Assembly (NCBI GenBank): GCA_951406725.2
Contig: OX597816.1
Location: 156,302,001-156,366,000, forward strand
DNA: 64,000 nucleotides
Reading direction: 5' to 3'
From: Octopus vulgaris
Taxonomy: Eukaryota
Made by a program: the position numbers and the translations under genes. The notes under the pieces were generated by a model. The model was not told where the DNA came from, ran no database searches, and saw nothing but the letters and a program-made list of their open reading frames with translations. Below, in pieces: positions 14,521-29,039 of the stretch; position 1 is the stretch's first letter; each line of letters opens with the position of its first letter.

Positions 14521-14956
14521 CATGATGTTCATGGTGTACTACGCTTTCGCAATTGGTTTACTGGGGGCGATATATTGATGTGAAGACACGGAAATCCTCT
14601 TTGTCTTAAGTCTCTTGAATTCTGAAACAAAGGTTGCTGGTGATAGGGCTTCAGCATCATTTAACGAGGCATTTATTTACGGATTGAGAGAATCAACGAC
14701 AAGATTGCCTGCCAACATTTGAACTCTAACCTGAGGGACAGAAAACTAAAGGTAAAACATTACACTCCATAACCTATGACTGACAATTCAGCGCGTGGTT
14801 GTTAAGTACTTATACGATGATGTAGGCGTATGCAATCACATACACATGAACACAAAGTCATATATCCAGCAGGCACACACACACACACGCACACACATAC
14901 ACACACGTGCGTATGAGTGCGTGAGTGTTTATATATATATATGTGTGTGTGTGTGT

Positions 14957-15093
<137 letters not shown>

Positions 15094-15744
15094 TATATAT
15101 ATATATGCACCATACACAAGTTTAGATATATGTAGACGCACATACACACTCACACCTACAATACAATCACAACCCCACACACTCACACATTATTACTTAT
15201 GTAGACATAACCTTACGCGGTTCCTTACTTGTAATGCTTATATGTATGTGCCTGTGTCAGCTGTATATTATTGCGAAAGTAAAGACATGACAGTTACTGA
15301 ACATGATAGGTGTGGCGTCTGACATGTTCATTTTTCTTATTTCCCCGATTTCAAATTTGATTATAGTAAGTAGCAATGCAATTAATATAATTGTCTCAGA
15401 TATCAGATTCCTTTGGCATCCGAATGTCAACCACACCTATATCCGGAATTCAATATATGTTGAATACCTTGTCTTCTATGGCTTAAGCTGCTGACATGCT
15501 CAATTAACAATAAGAATTGCTTGTAATTTAAGTAGAAGGCCAGTGATTTTAAAGGGAGGTGGTTAGTTGTTACCATTGATTATACTACTTCAATGGTTCG
15601 AGCGCGAAAGAATGAAAAAAACAAAATTATGGTGGGCTTTGAAATAACAGAGTAAAGTGTCGTCAGAATGAACAAAATACCACAAGGCATTTTGTCCGAT
15701 ATTTAAAAGTATCACTATTATCATCATAATCATCATCATTATTA

Positions 15745-15824
15745 TTGTTCAGATCACTGCTTGGAATCGAACTCGGAATCTTGGGGTTAGTAGCCCGCGC
15801 TCTTAACCACTACGCCATATGCCC
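15745..15824 (-). mobile_element. tRNA-derived Pol III head (SINE-like)
   Basis: Minus strand gggcatatggcgtagtggttaagagcgcgggctactaaccccaagattccgagttcgattccaagcagtgatctg: A box TGGCGTAGTGG, B box GAGTTCGATTCC, followed by AAT/GAT repeats; acceptor stem does not close. Confidence 0.75.
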
Positions 15825-15922
15825 CAAGACACCTGAAGAAGCCGAAACGTTGTGTTAACAACAAACAAGATGAGGACAAATATCCGTCGAATGTAAATAA
15901 TGTAAATAATGTACATAATTCC
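15822..15922 (+). mobile_element. Penelope-like 3' terminal fragment with collapsed hammerhead (15828-15856)
   Basis: gacac-CTGAAGA-A-gcc-GAAA-C-GTT-gtgtt: 5-bp stem I and intact core words, stem II lost; followed by aatgtaaat tandem copies. Confidence 0.6.
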
Positions 15923-16816
15923 TCATCTCTTAAATATAGAACAATAGTATACTCAGTTTTGATATTCTACGGTAAGAATATGATTAAGCTGTGAGAAGTG
16001 ACAAATATATACGAACAAAGATCTCGCGTATGAAAGTGAGATTGTATACAGACACTTAATTATATGATAATAGATAATTTCTGTCACATAATGTTAGGAG
16101 CTGCAGGCAGGCAACAACTCTAGATCATCGAACAAGATATTTTATATTGTACCTTTACATATTCTAATTTCAATTCCCAGACAGGTCCACTTTGTATTGT
16201 GAAAGTTTAACGATAGCAATTAAATAGATTCCGCACAAATTAATGGGTTCCTTGTGACCGACTGAAACCTTGAAAAGTTGTCTCCCAATATGATCGCAGT
16301 TCATTGGTTACAAATTCAAATGGCGATTGTGAACAGGTGACACAGCATTGTTAGACTTTATATATATGAAAACTGAAGAGCGCAACACTTGTCTGAATGT
16401 AACTATAGAAACATGGGTAACAATAAAATCAGAATTAAACAGAGGGGTTTCTAAATATGATATGACACTCTCTTGGGCGTATGGTGTAATGGCGAGGATT
16501 TGGAGTAAATCTGTGGAAAATTTTGTGAAATGATTTTAGTTAATTTTTGTTGAAAAGGAGATTGTGAGTACCGATGTTTCGAGAGATATAGTGAGAGAGA
16601 GAGAGAGAGGAGGGGCTTCTTCGTAAGTGAGGAAGTGCTGAAGTATTGATACCGAATTAAATAAGTGCTTATTCGTTTCCGGAGATGCACTAATGCAGAA
16701 AGATGTACTTAATGACCAAACTACAAGCAACTAATTGTAGATAATAACCTGATCATTGAAATAAGCACGAACCACTACATTTTAAGTATAAATGTGCGTC
16801 CATATATGTATATGTA

Positions 16817-16879
<63 letters not shown>

Positions 16880-17012
16880 GTATATGTATGTATATGTATA
16901 TGTATATATGTGATATATATATATATATATACACATACGTATATATATGTGTGCATGTATGTGTGTATGTGTGTGTGCGTGCATGTATCCAGGCATTTGA
17001 TTGCACACACAC

Positions 17013-17058
<46 letters not shown>

Positions 17059-17695
17059 ATGTAAGGTCTATGTGTGTGCTGTGATAATGTTTGGGTATAT
17101 ATTTCCTGCAGTTAAGATGAGAGAAAGGTGAACGCTACGATTAAATATTACCAACTGTCACACGCAATTCTCCATATGCTTTCCTTATCTATGCCCATAT
17201 GTGTTTGTATTTAGTTATCTATAATATACTCTTTCTCTATTGTTGTATATACATTATTATTTAGTAATTGTTGTATGTACAATATTATAGAGTATAAATA
17301 TACACTTCTCTCTAACATTCCAGTCTCTGTCTAATTATGAAGGCTTTTCTGTGTCCTTTACATCCTCTGTTCTCTTTATGCATAGATATAATAAGTAAGC
17401 ATGCCCCTGTGTCGAGATAGAATATGCGTGTGCATATGTAAGGACAAATGAATATACATATATATATATGTATGCTAATTTGCTATGCGAAGGTAACGAG
17501 CGTCACTTATGCAGTGTCAGTAATAGCTCTGATTTCGCAATATTAAACGTCCTAAAAATAACCATCGCCGTCGTCGTCGTCGTCGACTTCATCATTACCA
17601 CCACTTAGATGCAGTTCTACAATTTAGGCTCTTAATTGGCTCACACACACATACACAAACACACACACACACACGAACACACAAACACACACACG

Positions 17696-17742
<47 letters not shown>

Positions 17743-17819
17743 TCACACACAAACACACACACACAGAGGGAAAATGAATTCTATACAGCAACAGGCACGT
17801 GTGTGTGTGTATGTACATA

Positions 17820-17889
<70 letters not shown>

Positions 17890-17968
17890 CACATACATAC
17901 ATACATACATACATACATACAAATATATATACATATATAGACTCATGTGTGTTTATTCATCTATCCAC

Positions 17969-18037
<69 letters not shown>

Positions 18038-18421
18038 CATCTATCTATCTATCTATTTATCTATCTTCCTACCTACTTAGAAACGTAGATAGATGATATA
18101 TATTATATTAACCCGAAGTCTTTTGAATCTCAACAGTGTTTCCCTTGTTGACTCAGTAGCATTATCTACGCATTTTTCACCAGTGTTCATTACATTTCAC
18201 TTTGTTTGCAAGTGTTTCTTCCTTCTTAATACCTGTTTGCCGATCTACTTAGATACATCATGCATACACCGTAAACTAGAGTTTCTTAACCGGCATTCTT
18301 CGGGACCCCTAATTTCATGATCGCAATATTGCTATACAGGCACAACATATTGGTTATTGTAATATTGTAATATAGATATCATCCTATCTAACCTATTATG
18401 TTATTAATCAAAAAATATATT

Positions 18422-18466
<45 letters not shown>

Positions 18467-18481
18467 GCACACATACATACA

Positions 18482-18560
<79 letters not shown>

Positions 18561-18731
18561 GGAAGAGGGTCTGAAAATGCAGAGGTCTTTTAAAGACGTT
18601 TATTGATTTGACTGGTTTCACTTTTTTTTTTTTATATTTTCAAAAGTAAGGTGCAAGGCTTTGTGTAGCCTTTGTGGTATTAAGAATTAGTTAACATATA
18701 TGTATCAAAATATATATATATATATATATGT

Positions 18732-18886
18732 AAACTGAAAGAAGCCCGCTTCTTTCAGTTTCTGTCTAACAAATCCATGGCTTTGATCGGCCCGTGGCTA
18801 TAGAAGACACTTGCTCAAAGTGTCACGCAGTGGGACTGAACCCGGAACCATGTGGTTGGGAAGGAAACTTCTTACCACACAGCTAC
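18732..18886 (-). mobile_element. SINE family A head and centre fragment
   Basis: Minus strand gtagctgtgtggtaagaag...ggttccgggttcagtcccactgcgtgacactttgagcaagtgtcttct. Confidence 0.8.
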
Positions 18887-19640
18887 AGTAATTGTGAGAT
18901 GTAGGTTTAAAGTTGATTAGTGGCAGGAAGAGCACTAGATACCATGGTAGAGATTACATATGGTTATATTTGGTCGATTCATTCCTGCCAACTCTGAGTT
19001 TCACCAGTGAGTGCGTAGAGTTTTCAGGCAATTCAAAACTTTGCTGAAGTTGCTGTATTCTGAGTTTCATCCACAGACGAATTTCAAAGTAACAAAACAA
19101 AAATACAACGTATTTATGTATGTGTGTATCTTTATATTTGTATTTACCTGCTCCCTTCGCTTACAACCGGTGTTGTTTAAGTAATGTTTACCTAATTCGG
19201 GCGTTCGACCACAAAATTGACAAAATAAGTAGTAGATTAAAAAAAAATATATCTATTTGAAGCGATTTCTTCGACTAAGCCGACAAGGCAATGATCCAGC
19301 ATGGCCGCAGACTATTGACTAAAACAACTAATGGCGTATAAATACATGCATTCATATATACATAAACACACACATAGGCACATGCACACATACATAATAT
19401 ATAGGAACATTCATAACTACACATATATATATATATACACATACACATGGATACATAGATATCTAGATACATGCATACATACGTAAATGTTTGTATGCGT
19501 ATGCGCTCCCTCGCTCATTACAATCTGCTTAAAACTTAGAATGTACTTTGTAAAATGAATCCATATATTGAATCCGTATTATTCCTTTCCTGTCCAGTAA
19601 ACGGATTACTGAATAATAACACCAATACTATACACACACA

Positions 19641-19677
<37 letters not shown>

Positions 19678-20439
19678 CAAGTATGTGTGTGTGTATTAAA
19701 ATCCTCTCCCACCTCTTACACAGCTTTCACCAAAATCTTATGCATTAAAAAAACCTACTCTACTCACAGCTATCAGATAGCTTAAATGTGAACATCCTGC
19801 TCCTGTCTGTGACCGGGAAGTCTCCTGTATTAATAATGCATTAAAGTTTTTTTTTTTGTCGATGCAGCAGTAATATTTTTAATGCTATAATAGTAAGAGA
19901 ATATCAAACTTCTGTGAGGAAAGTACACATAACATTTCTTTATATATTCTAAATCCGTTCTAAATGTATTTTCATCAAAGACCGATTTCGCCGGGTCATG
20001 TGATCTGCAAATACCCTTTTGTTCGAGGATGTTGACGCCCTCCCCTCTTCCTTTATCTCAGTCGATAGATGAGTGTATGTCGCTCTCTCTCTCTCTCTCA
20101 CTATTTCTCTCTCTGTACATACGCATGTGTGTGTGTATATATATACACGTATGTCAGTGTGTTTGTCTGTGTCTCCGCGTGTCTGTTTGTACATTATATA
20201 TATATATACGTTTATATATGTATACAGATATACAAACACACGTATGCACAAATACACAACGATTGCCCATACATTCGCTGTCTAGCAAATTTCACCGTCA
20301 CTCTCGATCTATAAGTCCATCGATCTAGCTATCTATCCATCAGTATGTGATTTAAGCATTGAGCTATGCAGGGGCACCGAATTCAGAAACACATGGATCA
20401 CAAGCAAACTTCTTAAACACCCAGTTCCATCTGAACCCA

Positions 20440-20584
<145 letters not shown>

Positions 20585-21171
20585 GTTTGTCTGTCTGTCT
20601 GGCTATCTATCTATCTGTAACCTACCTTTCTATCAATGTATCTAAATGACTTTCTATCTATCGATCTATAAGTCCATCGATCTAGCTATCTATCCGTCTG
20701 CTGTCTGTCTGTACACTCATTCAGACATGCACATACACACATACACACACACACACATACACAAACACATAGACATATAGACAGAGTGAGAGAGAATGAA
20801 ATGATGACAGAGAGACAGAGTTAGAAAGATATATAAAACCAAATGTATACATCCATACCTTCATACATAATTGTGCATATATATATATGCATTTATGTAT
20901 GTATATCTGAGTAATCTTAGTTCTGCGTATTATAGAACAAGCTGTGTTTGTCATAATCGCTTTTCTCAGCCATAGGACTACAGCAATGCATGAAGGTTTA
21001 ATCAACGAAAGAGATACCAGTACTTATTTTCAGGTCTGTTGTATCTGTTTATTTTGCCTAGGTACAACTACAAAAAGAATCGATGTTTACGGGGATATAA
21101 ACAAACCAATACCCACAATCAAATGTCGGTGGTGGGCAATTATAAACACAGAGACGCATAAACATATGCAT

Positions 21172-21211
<40 letters not shown>

Positions 21212-22079
21212 TTACGAAGGGCTCCCACACAATGTCCGTCAACGAAATTCACTCACTAAGTATTGGATAAGTCCATCGATCTAGCTATCTATCCATCAGT
21301 ATGGGACTTTAAGCCCAATGTATGCGGGCTGTGAGTCTGAATTCCCGAAAGCCATGTAGATGCAAAGCACACTTTTCATAACCATACAGTCATGCCTGTG
21401 TGTGTGTGTGTGTGTGTGTATGCAAATATATATATGTATATATATAGGGAGAGTTTACGATGTATGTACATGCATAAAAAGGTAGAAAAATAGCGGAAGT
21501 GAGAGAGAGAGAGAGGGAGAGAGGGAGAGAGGAAGACATCGAGTGTGATAGATAGATATATAGATAGATAGATAGAAGAATAAGAGAGAGTAGGGGAGAA
21601 AGAATGTTTGCTTGTATATACATAATGTAAAACTAAAGAATAATAGTAAAAAGTATAATTGAAGAACTGCTCAAATAACAGTTGCTGCTTTGAAAAAATT
21701 TAGATTTATACTATATGAAAACTACGTATCTCTCAAAGCTACTATTTATGCAGAGAAGAAGAATCCGAAATATGAATTATTAAAGATTGATATGTAGGAA
21801 ATGCAAAAGTACCCTTTTGACCCGAAGTGAATTTAATTGGAAACAAGACAGAGCTGGAAAAATGACAAATGACTCTGTTTAAATGATGTCAAGTAGGCTT
21901 CAGAGAAACTCGGTTCTCGTGTGCGAAAATCAATTTCCACGACAAGTGGTTGACCTTTTTTATTCATGTGACGTGCAAAATAGAATAGCATGCTTTTTTT
22001 GTTTGTTTTTTCTTTCTCTTCAGTATTTCAACATTCATAAGAATTCTCTACATACGTATATATCTATATATCTAATTGT

Positions 22080-22148
<69 letters not shown>

Positions 22149-22191
22149 GTATGTATGTATGTATATATGCATGTATATGTATATATATGTA

Positions 22192-22242
<51 letters not shown>

Positions 22243-22426
22243 TATTTTACAATAAGAAAACAATGTTCGTGTCAGTGTTGTAGAATGCAGAAAAGGAAAT
22301 CGCAAATAATAATTTTTAATAATTAATATATGGGAAATGAGTCAAGTTAAGCAACGCTGTATTTATCAGAAAAACTTGTTCACAACTCTCCTTTTCGTTC
22401 TAGAGACAAGGAAAAAATAACAACTA

Positions 22427-22803
22427 CCGTAAATCTTCGAGTATAGCGCACTCTTCATATACCATACAGTCATGCCTGTGTGTGTGTGTGTGTGTGTGTG
22501 TATGCAAATATATATATGTATATATATAGGGAGAGTTTGCGTAGTTAACTAGCAGCACCTAGTCGAACGAACCCTTCCGCGCATGCGTAATACAATAATG
22601 GTGATGTTCTTAAGTGTTATATGGGAATGTAAATATGTTTGCAAATTATTTTGTTACATGTTATTCTGTGTTCTGAATACTTTTATTTTAATAAATGTTG
22701 CTTAATGCAACATTTATTAAATTAAATTTAAAGGTTAAAATTTAAAGGATTTTGACCTTTAAATTTCGGGAAAATAATGCGGATTATACTCGAGGATTTA
22801 CGG
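22427..22803. mobile_element. Tc1/mariner (pogo-like) MITE
   Basis: 19-bp TIRs ccgtaaatcttcgagtata / tatactcgaggatttacgg (1 mismatch), flanked by TA at 22425-26 and 22804-05. Confidence 0.85.
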
Positions 22804-22898
22804 TAGTTATCTTTTTCTTATGGCATGTGAATGCAAAAGATTAATTGTTGATGCCATCAGATAATCACCCATGCTTATTTGGAATGTGTTGCAAATAC

Positions 22899-22965
<67 letters not shown>

Positions 22966-22978
22966 TTAAATTAATGTT

Positions 22979-23311
22979 ATTACCTTCGCCTTATCGTGTT
23001 AGTTTGATTGTTTGTGTAGACAAGATATCACAACAACCGCTGAATGGTTTCGGATGAAACTTTCGGATGAAACTGTAACTGGCACGAACTAAATAGATTT
23101 TGGGATCGATCCGTTACTGGGCAAAGATTCTGGATTGTTTTTACTATTTTTATTTTTTTTTACTTAATTTTTGAGAGCGGTCGGGCTAATTTGTAGTATT
23201 TTTGTTTGTGAGAGTAGTCGAGTTTATTTGAGATATTCTCATTTTAAAAATCATCTTTGGCTAATCGTTGGTGTAGCCTTGGCAGAGGTTTGCACTCTCT
23301 GAGTGCTCTTC
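22979..23311 (+). mobile_element. Helentron-associated non-autonomous element (HINE/DINE-1-like)
   Basis: 5' taccttcgcc and 3' ggcagaggt subterminal inverted repeats, 3' stem-loop gcactc-tct-gagtgc, typical gatgaaactt/gatccg core, T-rich insertion site. Confidence 0.7.
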
Positions 23312-23341
23312 TTATAGCTGCTATTATTATTATCATTATTA

Positions 23342-23447
<106 letters not shown>

Positions 23448-23807
23448 CATTATTATTATTATTTTGCGAAGAATGCATCTTGTGCGGTATCATTATACCT
23501 TTCAACGTCTTTGTTGTACCAATTCAAATCACACAATGTATTTCTCAGTATGTAAATTTTTTGCTATATTTGCATGTATATTTTAGATAGGTTTGCAGAT
23601 TCCTACTATAGCCATATCTGATATATAATAACGCCACCCAAAGTAATCTTTTCAGTAATATTTCGGACCACCACAGCTCACTCACGGAAAACAAGTGTTC
23701 GTGTCAGAAAATTCATCCACCTTCGGAAGAATTTGTCTAGATGACTCTAAATAATAATTTTTCCTCTTCTTAATACTTTCGGTAATAAGTCGAGTTAAAC
23801 AATTGTA

Positions 23808-26084
23808 CACTCTGCTTAATGCAGACTTGAAAATTTTGGCCAAGGTGCTAGCCAAGAGGTTGGCGCTTGTCATCGAGAAACTGGTCGACAAGGCGCAAAC
23901 ATGCGCCGTGCCGGGCCGGACCATCCATGACAACCTCAACCTGATGCGCTACATCATAGACTGGGTAGTTAACGAACCTGGCATGGGTGGGGCGCTGATC
24001 AATTTGGATCAATCGAAAGCTTTCGATAAGGTGGACCATCGATACTTGGAGGCAGTCCTCAGAGCGGCTGGATAGCCGCTTTGTACAGAGGCATCCGTTC
24101 GGTAATTCGCGTAAATGGACATCTATCGAGACCTTTCGACATCGCACGTTCGGTCCGTTAGGGATGCCCCCTCTCGTCGCTTCTATACGTATTGACTCTC
24201 GAGCCATTATTGCGGAAGCTGGCAACTTTGATGGGCATCTCGCAAGAACTAGGATGCGGGACGAGCGTGTCTGCATACGCGGACGACGTCACCGTCATAG
24301 TGTCTAGCCACGAGCACATCGAGCAAGTCGGCGAGACACTGAAAATCTACGAAGCGGTGACAGGAGCGAAAATCAACCGGGAAAAGTCAGTGGGCTTGCG
24401 ACTAGGCACCTGGAGAAGCAAGCCCATGCCGTCAACCAGCGCCTCCGTCGTGAGGCGCTGGACCGACGGCCCGGTCTGGTTCGGTCCAGACCACCAAGTG
24501 GAGAAGAACTGGAACGAGATAACGAGTAGAGTGGTCACTCTCGGCCGGCAATGGGCCGAGAGGAAACTGTCCCTAAAAGGTCGGGCGGAGGTGACCAACA
24601 CGTACATCGCGTCCGTCATCTACTACCGCCTTGTGCCTTGTCCCGACCCTACCATCACCAAATTAGAACGCATTCTCTTTCGCTTCTTGTGGAAAGGATG
24701 CGTCCCGATGGTCAGGCGATCCATTTGCTGTCAACACCCGTTAAAAGGAGGACTGGGCATGCCGTGGTTGATGATGCGCAGACACGCGCTGAGACTGCGA
24801 CATCTCAGGCTCTTCGTAGACGACGGTGAACAGGTGTGGTCGCCGTTTGTGAGGCACGCTTTCCGCAGCTCGTCTCCATGACCGAACTGCAGTCGTGGAT
24901 CAAAAAGAGGCCGAGGAAGGGCGAATGGCACCGCGAGTGTCGCGTTGCTCTCAAGCAACTCTGCCGTCCTGGGTCGACCTTGAGTGACTTCCATCACAAC
25001 CAAAGCATTCTATAGGGGATTAGTGGAGGGGAGGTACGACGACGAACTCGGGGCGAACCTGGACGTCAATGAGGAGTACCTGATCCGCCTGTTCGGGACG
25101 ACTTTCGGACCAGGGCCCATGGACAACTTCCAGGGATCCCTGGTCTGGCAGTGCTACCGAGAAGCGCTACCCGTTCGGGATAAGCTCTACAGACACGGCT
25201 CGAGAAACACGGGGCCGACCTGCCCGAGATTCGGTCAGAGCGACGAAACCGTTCTGCACGCACTCGTGCAGTGTCCAACAATTTCCGACCTGTGGGCTTA
25301 TGTCGAACAACTGCTGTCACGTGTGGGACGAGTCGGTTTATCAGCTGAGTCTATCGTCAATATTGTCACGCCTCCTTCCTTCAAACGGGAAGGAAGAGCT
25401 ATTTTCATCATCCTTGTGGCTATGGCGAAGGAATGTATCTGGTGGACGCGTCTGAAAGGATTGGAGACAAACACTTTCCTCTCTGGTCAATCTCTCATCA
25501 ACTTCTTCAAGTACCACTTGAAAAGGAAAGTGAGAGTAGAGAGGCAAGTTTTGTCTAGCGAATGTTTTAAAAAAAGATGGGTGAATGTAGCAAGGATGGC
25601 ACGTATGAATGACGAAGCCACCTTGAGCATAATCCTATGAACCCAGAAATTGAAAACAGAGGGTTACCCACTTGCAAACAAATGTGGTAACATATAACAA
25701 TATTGACCAAGGTTACCGTGGTCTTTTTCGTAGGCTTTTCTTCCCACGGATAAACCTTACTTGCTTTCCCCTTTACACCATACATCATAACACTGTGATA
25801 CACGATCCCTATTGATCGTTTTTCTTTCCTCTTCCCCCTTTTCCCCCCTTTTTTCGTCTCTTTTCATTTCTCTTTTCTTTTGTTCCTTTTCCTTTTTTTT
25901 TTTTTTTTTCTTTTTTTTTTTGTTCTTTTTTCCCTTTTACGATCCCTTTTGATCGAAAACCTACGCCACCTTTTTTTTGTTTCTTTTGTTTTTTTGTTTT
26001 TTGTTTTTTTCATCCCCCAAAAGAAAAGCTCTACCTTGTAACTTGTCCCATCTGTGTGCAGCCCTGTGTGGCCAATAGAGAAAC

Positions 26085-26086
<2 letters not shown>
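23808..26086 (+). mobile_element. 5'-truncated Tx1/L1-clade non-LTR retrotransposon (ORF2 RT + CCHC zinc finger pseudogene, 3' UTR)
   Basis: TLLNADLKILAKVLAKRL, LDQSKAFDKVDH, SVR*GCPLS, AYADDVTV, GAKINREKS, KGGLGMP and LPVRDKL..CPRFGQSDETVLHALVQCP across three frameshifted ORFs. ORF2 stop at 25640; T-rich 3' UTR ends gccaatagagaaactt. GC-rich relative to flanks. Confidence 0.95.
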
Positions 26087-26139
<53 letters not shown>

Positions 26140-26172
26140 CCTACCTACCTACCTACCTACCTACCTACCTAC

Positions 26173-26253
<81 letters not shown>

Positions 26254-26254
26254 A

Positions 26255-26294
<40 letters not shown>
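26087..26294. repeat. (ATCT)n/(ACCT)n microsatellite at the LINE 3' end
   Basis: Direct sequence. Confidence 0.95.
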
Positions 26295-26298
<4 letters not shown>

Positions 26299-26619
26299 GT
26301 GTGCAGCCCTGTGTGGCTAATAAAGAAACATATCTATCAATCTATATATCTATCAATGTAATTCTTTTGACTGGTGGACGCACCTGAAAGGATTGGATCT
26401 ATATCACGAATTCCGTATTGCTACTTCAGATAATAATTGATGAAGGAAACGGAAGATACATTTATCCTAGTCTTTATTCAGTACGACAATCGGTTTGACC
26501 CATCCTGCAACTCTCCGTTATGGGTAGGGTTATCTCCATCTAATTCTGTTGCATCAGTCTGTGAGGTTTGTGCCACAATAAGTACATGCATAAATAAGAT
26601 GTACCGCTAAATACACTGA

Positions 26620-26881
<262 letters not shown>

Positions 26882-27100
26882 TGTATGTATGTATGTATTG
26901 ATGTATTGTACTTGAATAAAACGAGAACTGTGATTAGAGAAGCGTGAACACTACATTACACTCATCTGTATTGGACTACAATGTTAACTGTTATCCGTGT
27001 CCGCAGGAAGAGCTTTCTGTGATGACCTCACAATTCTCCGAATCTATATGTTATACTACAAAATTTTATTACGTATGTGCGTTTGTGTGTGTGTCTATAT

Positions 27101-27134
<34 letters not shown>

Positions 27135-27878
27135 GTGTGTGCGTGTATGTTTGTGTGAGTATTTACACGTATACATATTTATGGACGTGATGCATGCCGT
27201 GCGTGTATTCTTTTGTATCATATCAGGTGTTAATCCACACAGATAGACAAATATACAAATAGATGTATTGAAATGTATTTTAATGGTTGTTTTACTATTA
27301 TAGTTTACATTTTTATACTTTATGCTACAAACTTGAATTCTAAATAACAGAACATTCGCTTATATCTGTAAGAGAAGCAGAGTTACAACTGTAAAGCTTG
27401 TTATAATAGACATAGCTATCACATTATTCTCTTCCGTTCCATAACGCAATTAATTGAATATTATTCTGAAAGAAACCATTTTCCAAGAAGCCTCTCAGCT
27501 GGGGAATGTTTCCACGAACAGAATGCAAGTCCGCTTATCAAAGAATCACTAGAAATTCTACCAAATTGATAATCCGGTGAGACATGAAATTATGTCTTCA
27601 TTTTCATTTGATACAGGAATTACAGTTAAACTATATAATGAAGGAAGACTACATGATAGAGGAAGTAGAAATCTTCATAAAATAATTATATCAAGGTTTA
27701 ACAAAATTTTAATTTGGCACTGGGAGGTTTAAACTTCTTATGAAGCTAATACACATATTATCAACGGGATTCATACATAGACACACACAAACAGAAAGAC
27801 ACACATACGCCCCCACCCATGTGTGTTGAGGTTCTTTTTGCGTAGTTGTCTTTCTCTGTATGTGCATGTATGTGCATG

Positions 27879-27922
<44 letters not shown>

Positions 27923-28566
27923 CATGTATACATACATATTAATACAAAGTATTTAATTTTATAAATATAATTCATATATACATATACATACGTGTGTATA
28001 TATGCATTTATATATTATGTATGTGTGTGTTTGTGTGCTAAGATATTGAATTGCAGTCATGCTTAAGCGCTGCCTTAAAGGGTCTAGTTGATTAACCAAC
28101 CACTTATGATTTCGGTATTTATTCTATCACACGATTTTGCCGCGCCGCAAAACGAAGGGACGCAAGTAAACCGAAGCCTGTTCCCATACGATAAGAAAGA
28201 AAAAAAACGACACGAAGCCTTGCACGTGGGCACTCATGTGCAAAATTGCCCCGAAATACATGCGCGCACACAAACACACACACACTCACACATATGTATA
28301 TTAACCAGGAGCTTCCATGTAATTTCCGTCAACGAAGTTCCCTTACAATGCATTGGTTGGCTTTTGGGTACACTAGAAGACGCTTATACAAGAGCCACGT
28401 CCTGATACTGAACCGAAAATCACATTCATAGTGAAATTGTTATGTGGACAGTAAAATATGCGACACTTTGCGTCCCTTCTCTTCCTCAATAGCTCTTCTT
28501 CAACTCTACCTTCCCTCCCTACCTCTCTTTTCCTTCTCCTCTCCCTCTTCCTTCCATATTTCTCTG

Positions 28567-28637
<71 letters not shown>

Positions 28638-28904
28638 ATATCTATCTATCTTTCTGTCTGTTTTTCTGTCTCTATATCTGTGTGTGAGTGTGTGTGTATG
28701 TGTGTGTGTATGCGTTTGTGTGTGTGTGTTAACTATTTCAGTAAGATAGAACATAATGAATGATGTAAAAGATTATACATATATACATCCATTTAAACTG
28801 AGGTCTTCGACTTGCTTGATATTTCAGTTACCTGAAAATTCTCTGAGCGGTAAACTGGCTGTATCTAAAATAAGCATACAGGACCATATACAAGCACCTT
28901 GCAT

Positions 28905-28956
<52 letters not shown>

Positions 28957-29039
28957 CCAAAGGTTTATGCGTGCGTCTATATTGGTTTCTGTGTTCAGTT
29001 TTCTCTATATCTATATGCATGGCCCTATTTTGAACATTT

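Noticed and set aside
15745-15824. Functional tRNA gene
   Set aside because: Acceptor stem does not pair and there is no T-run terminator; treated as a SINE-type head.
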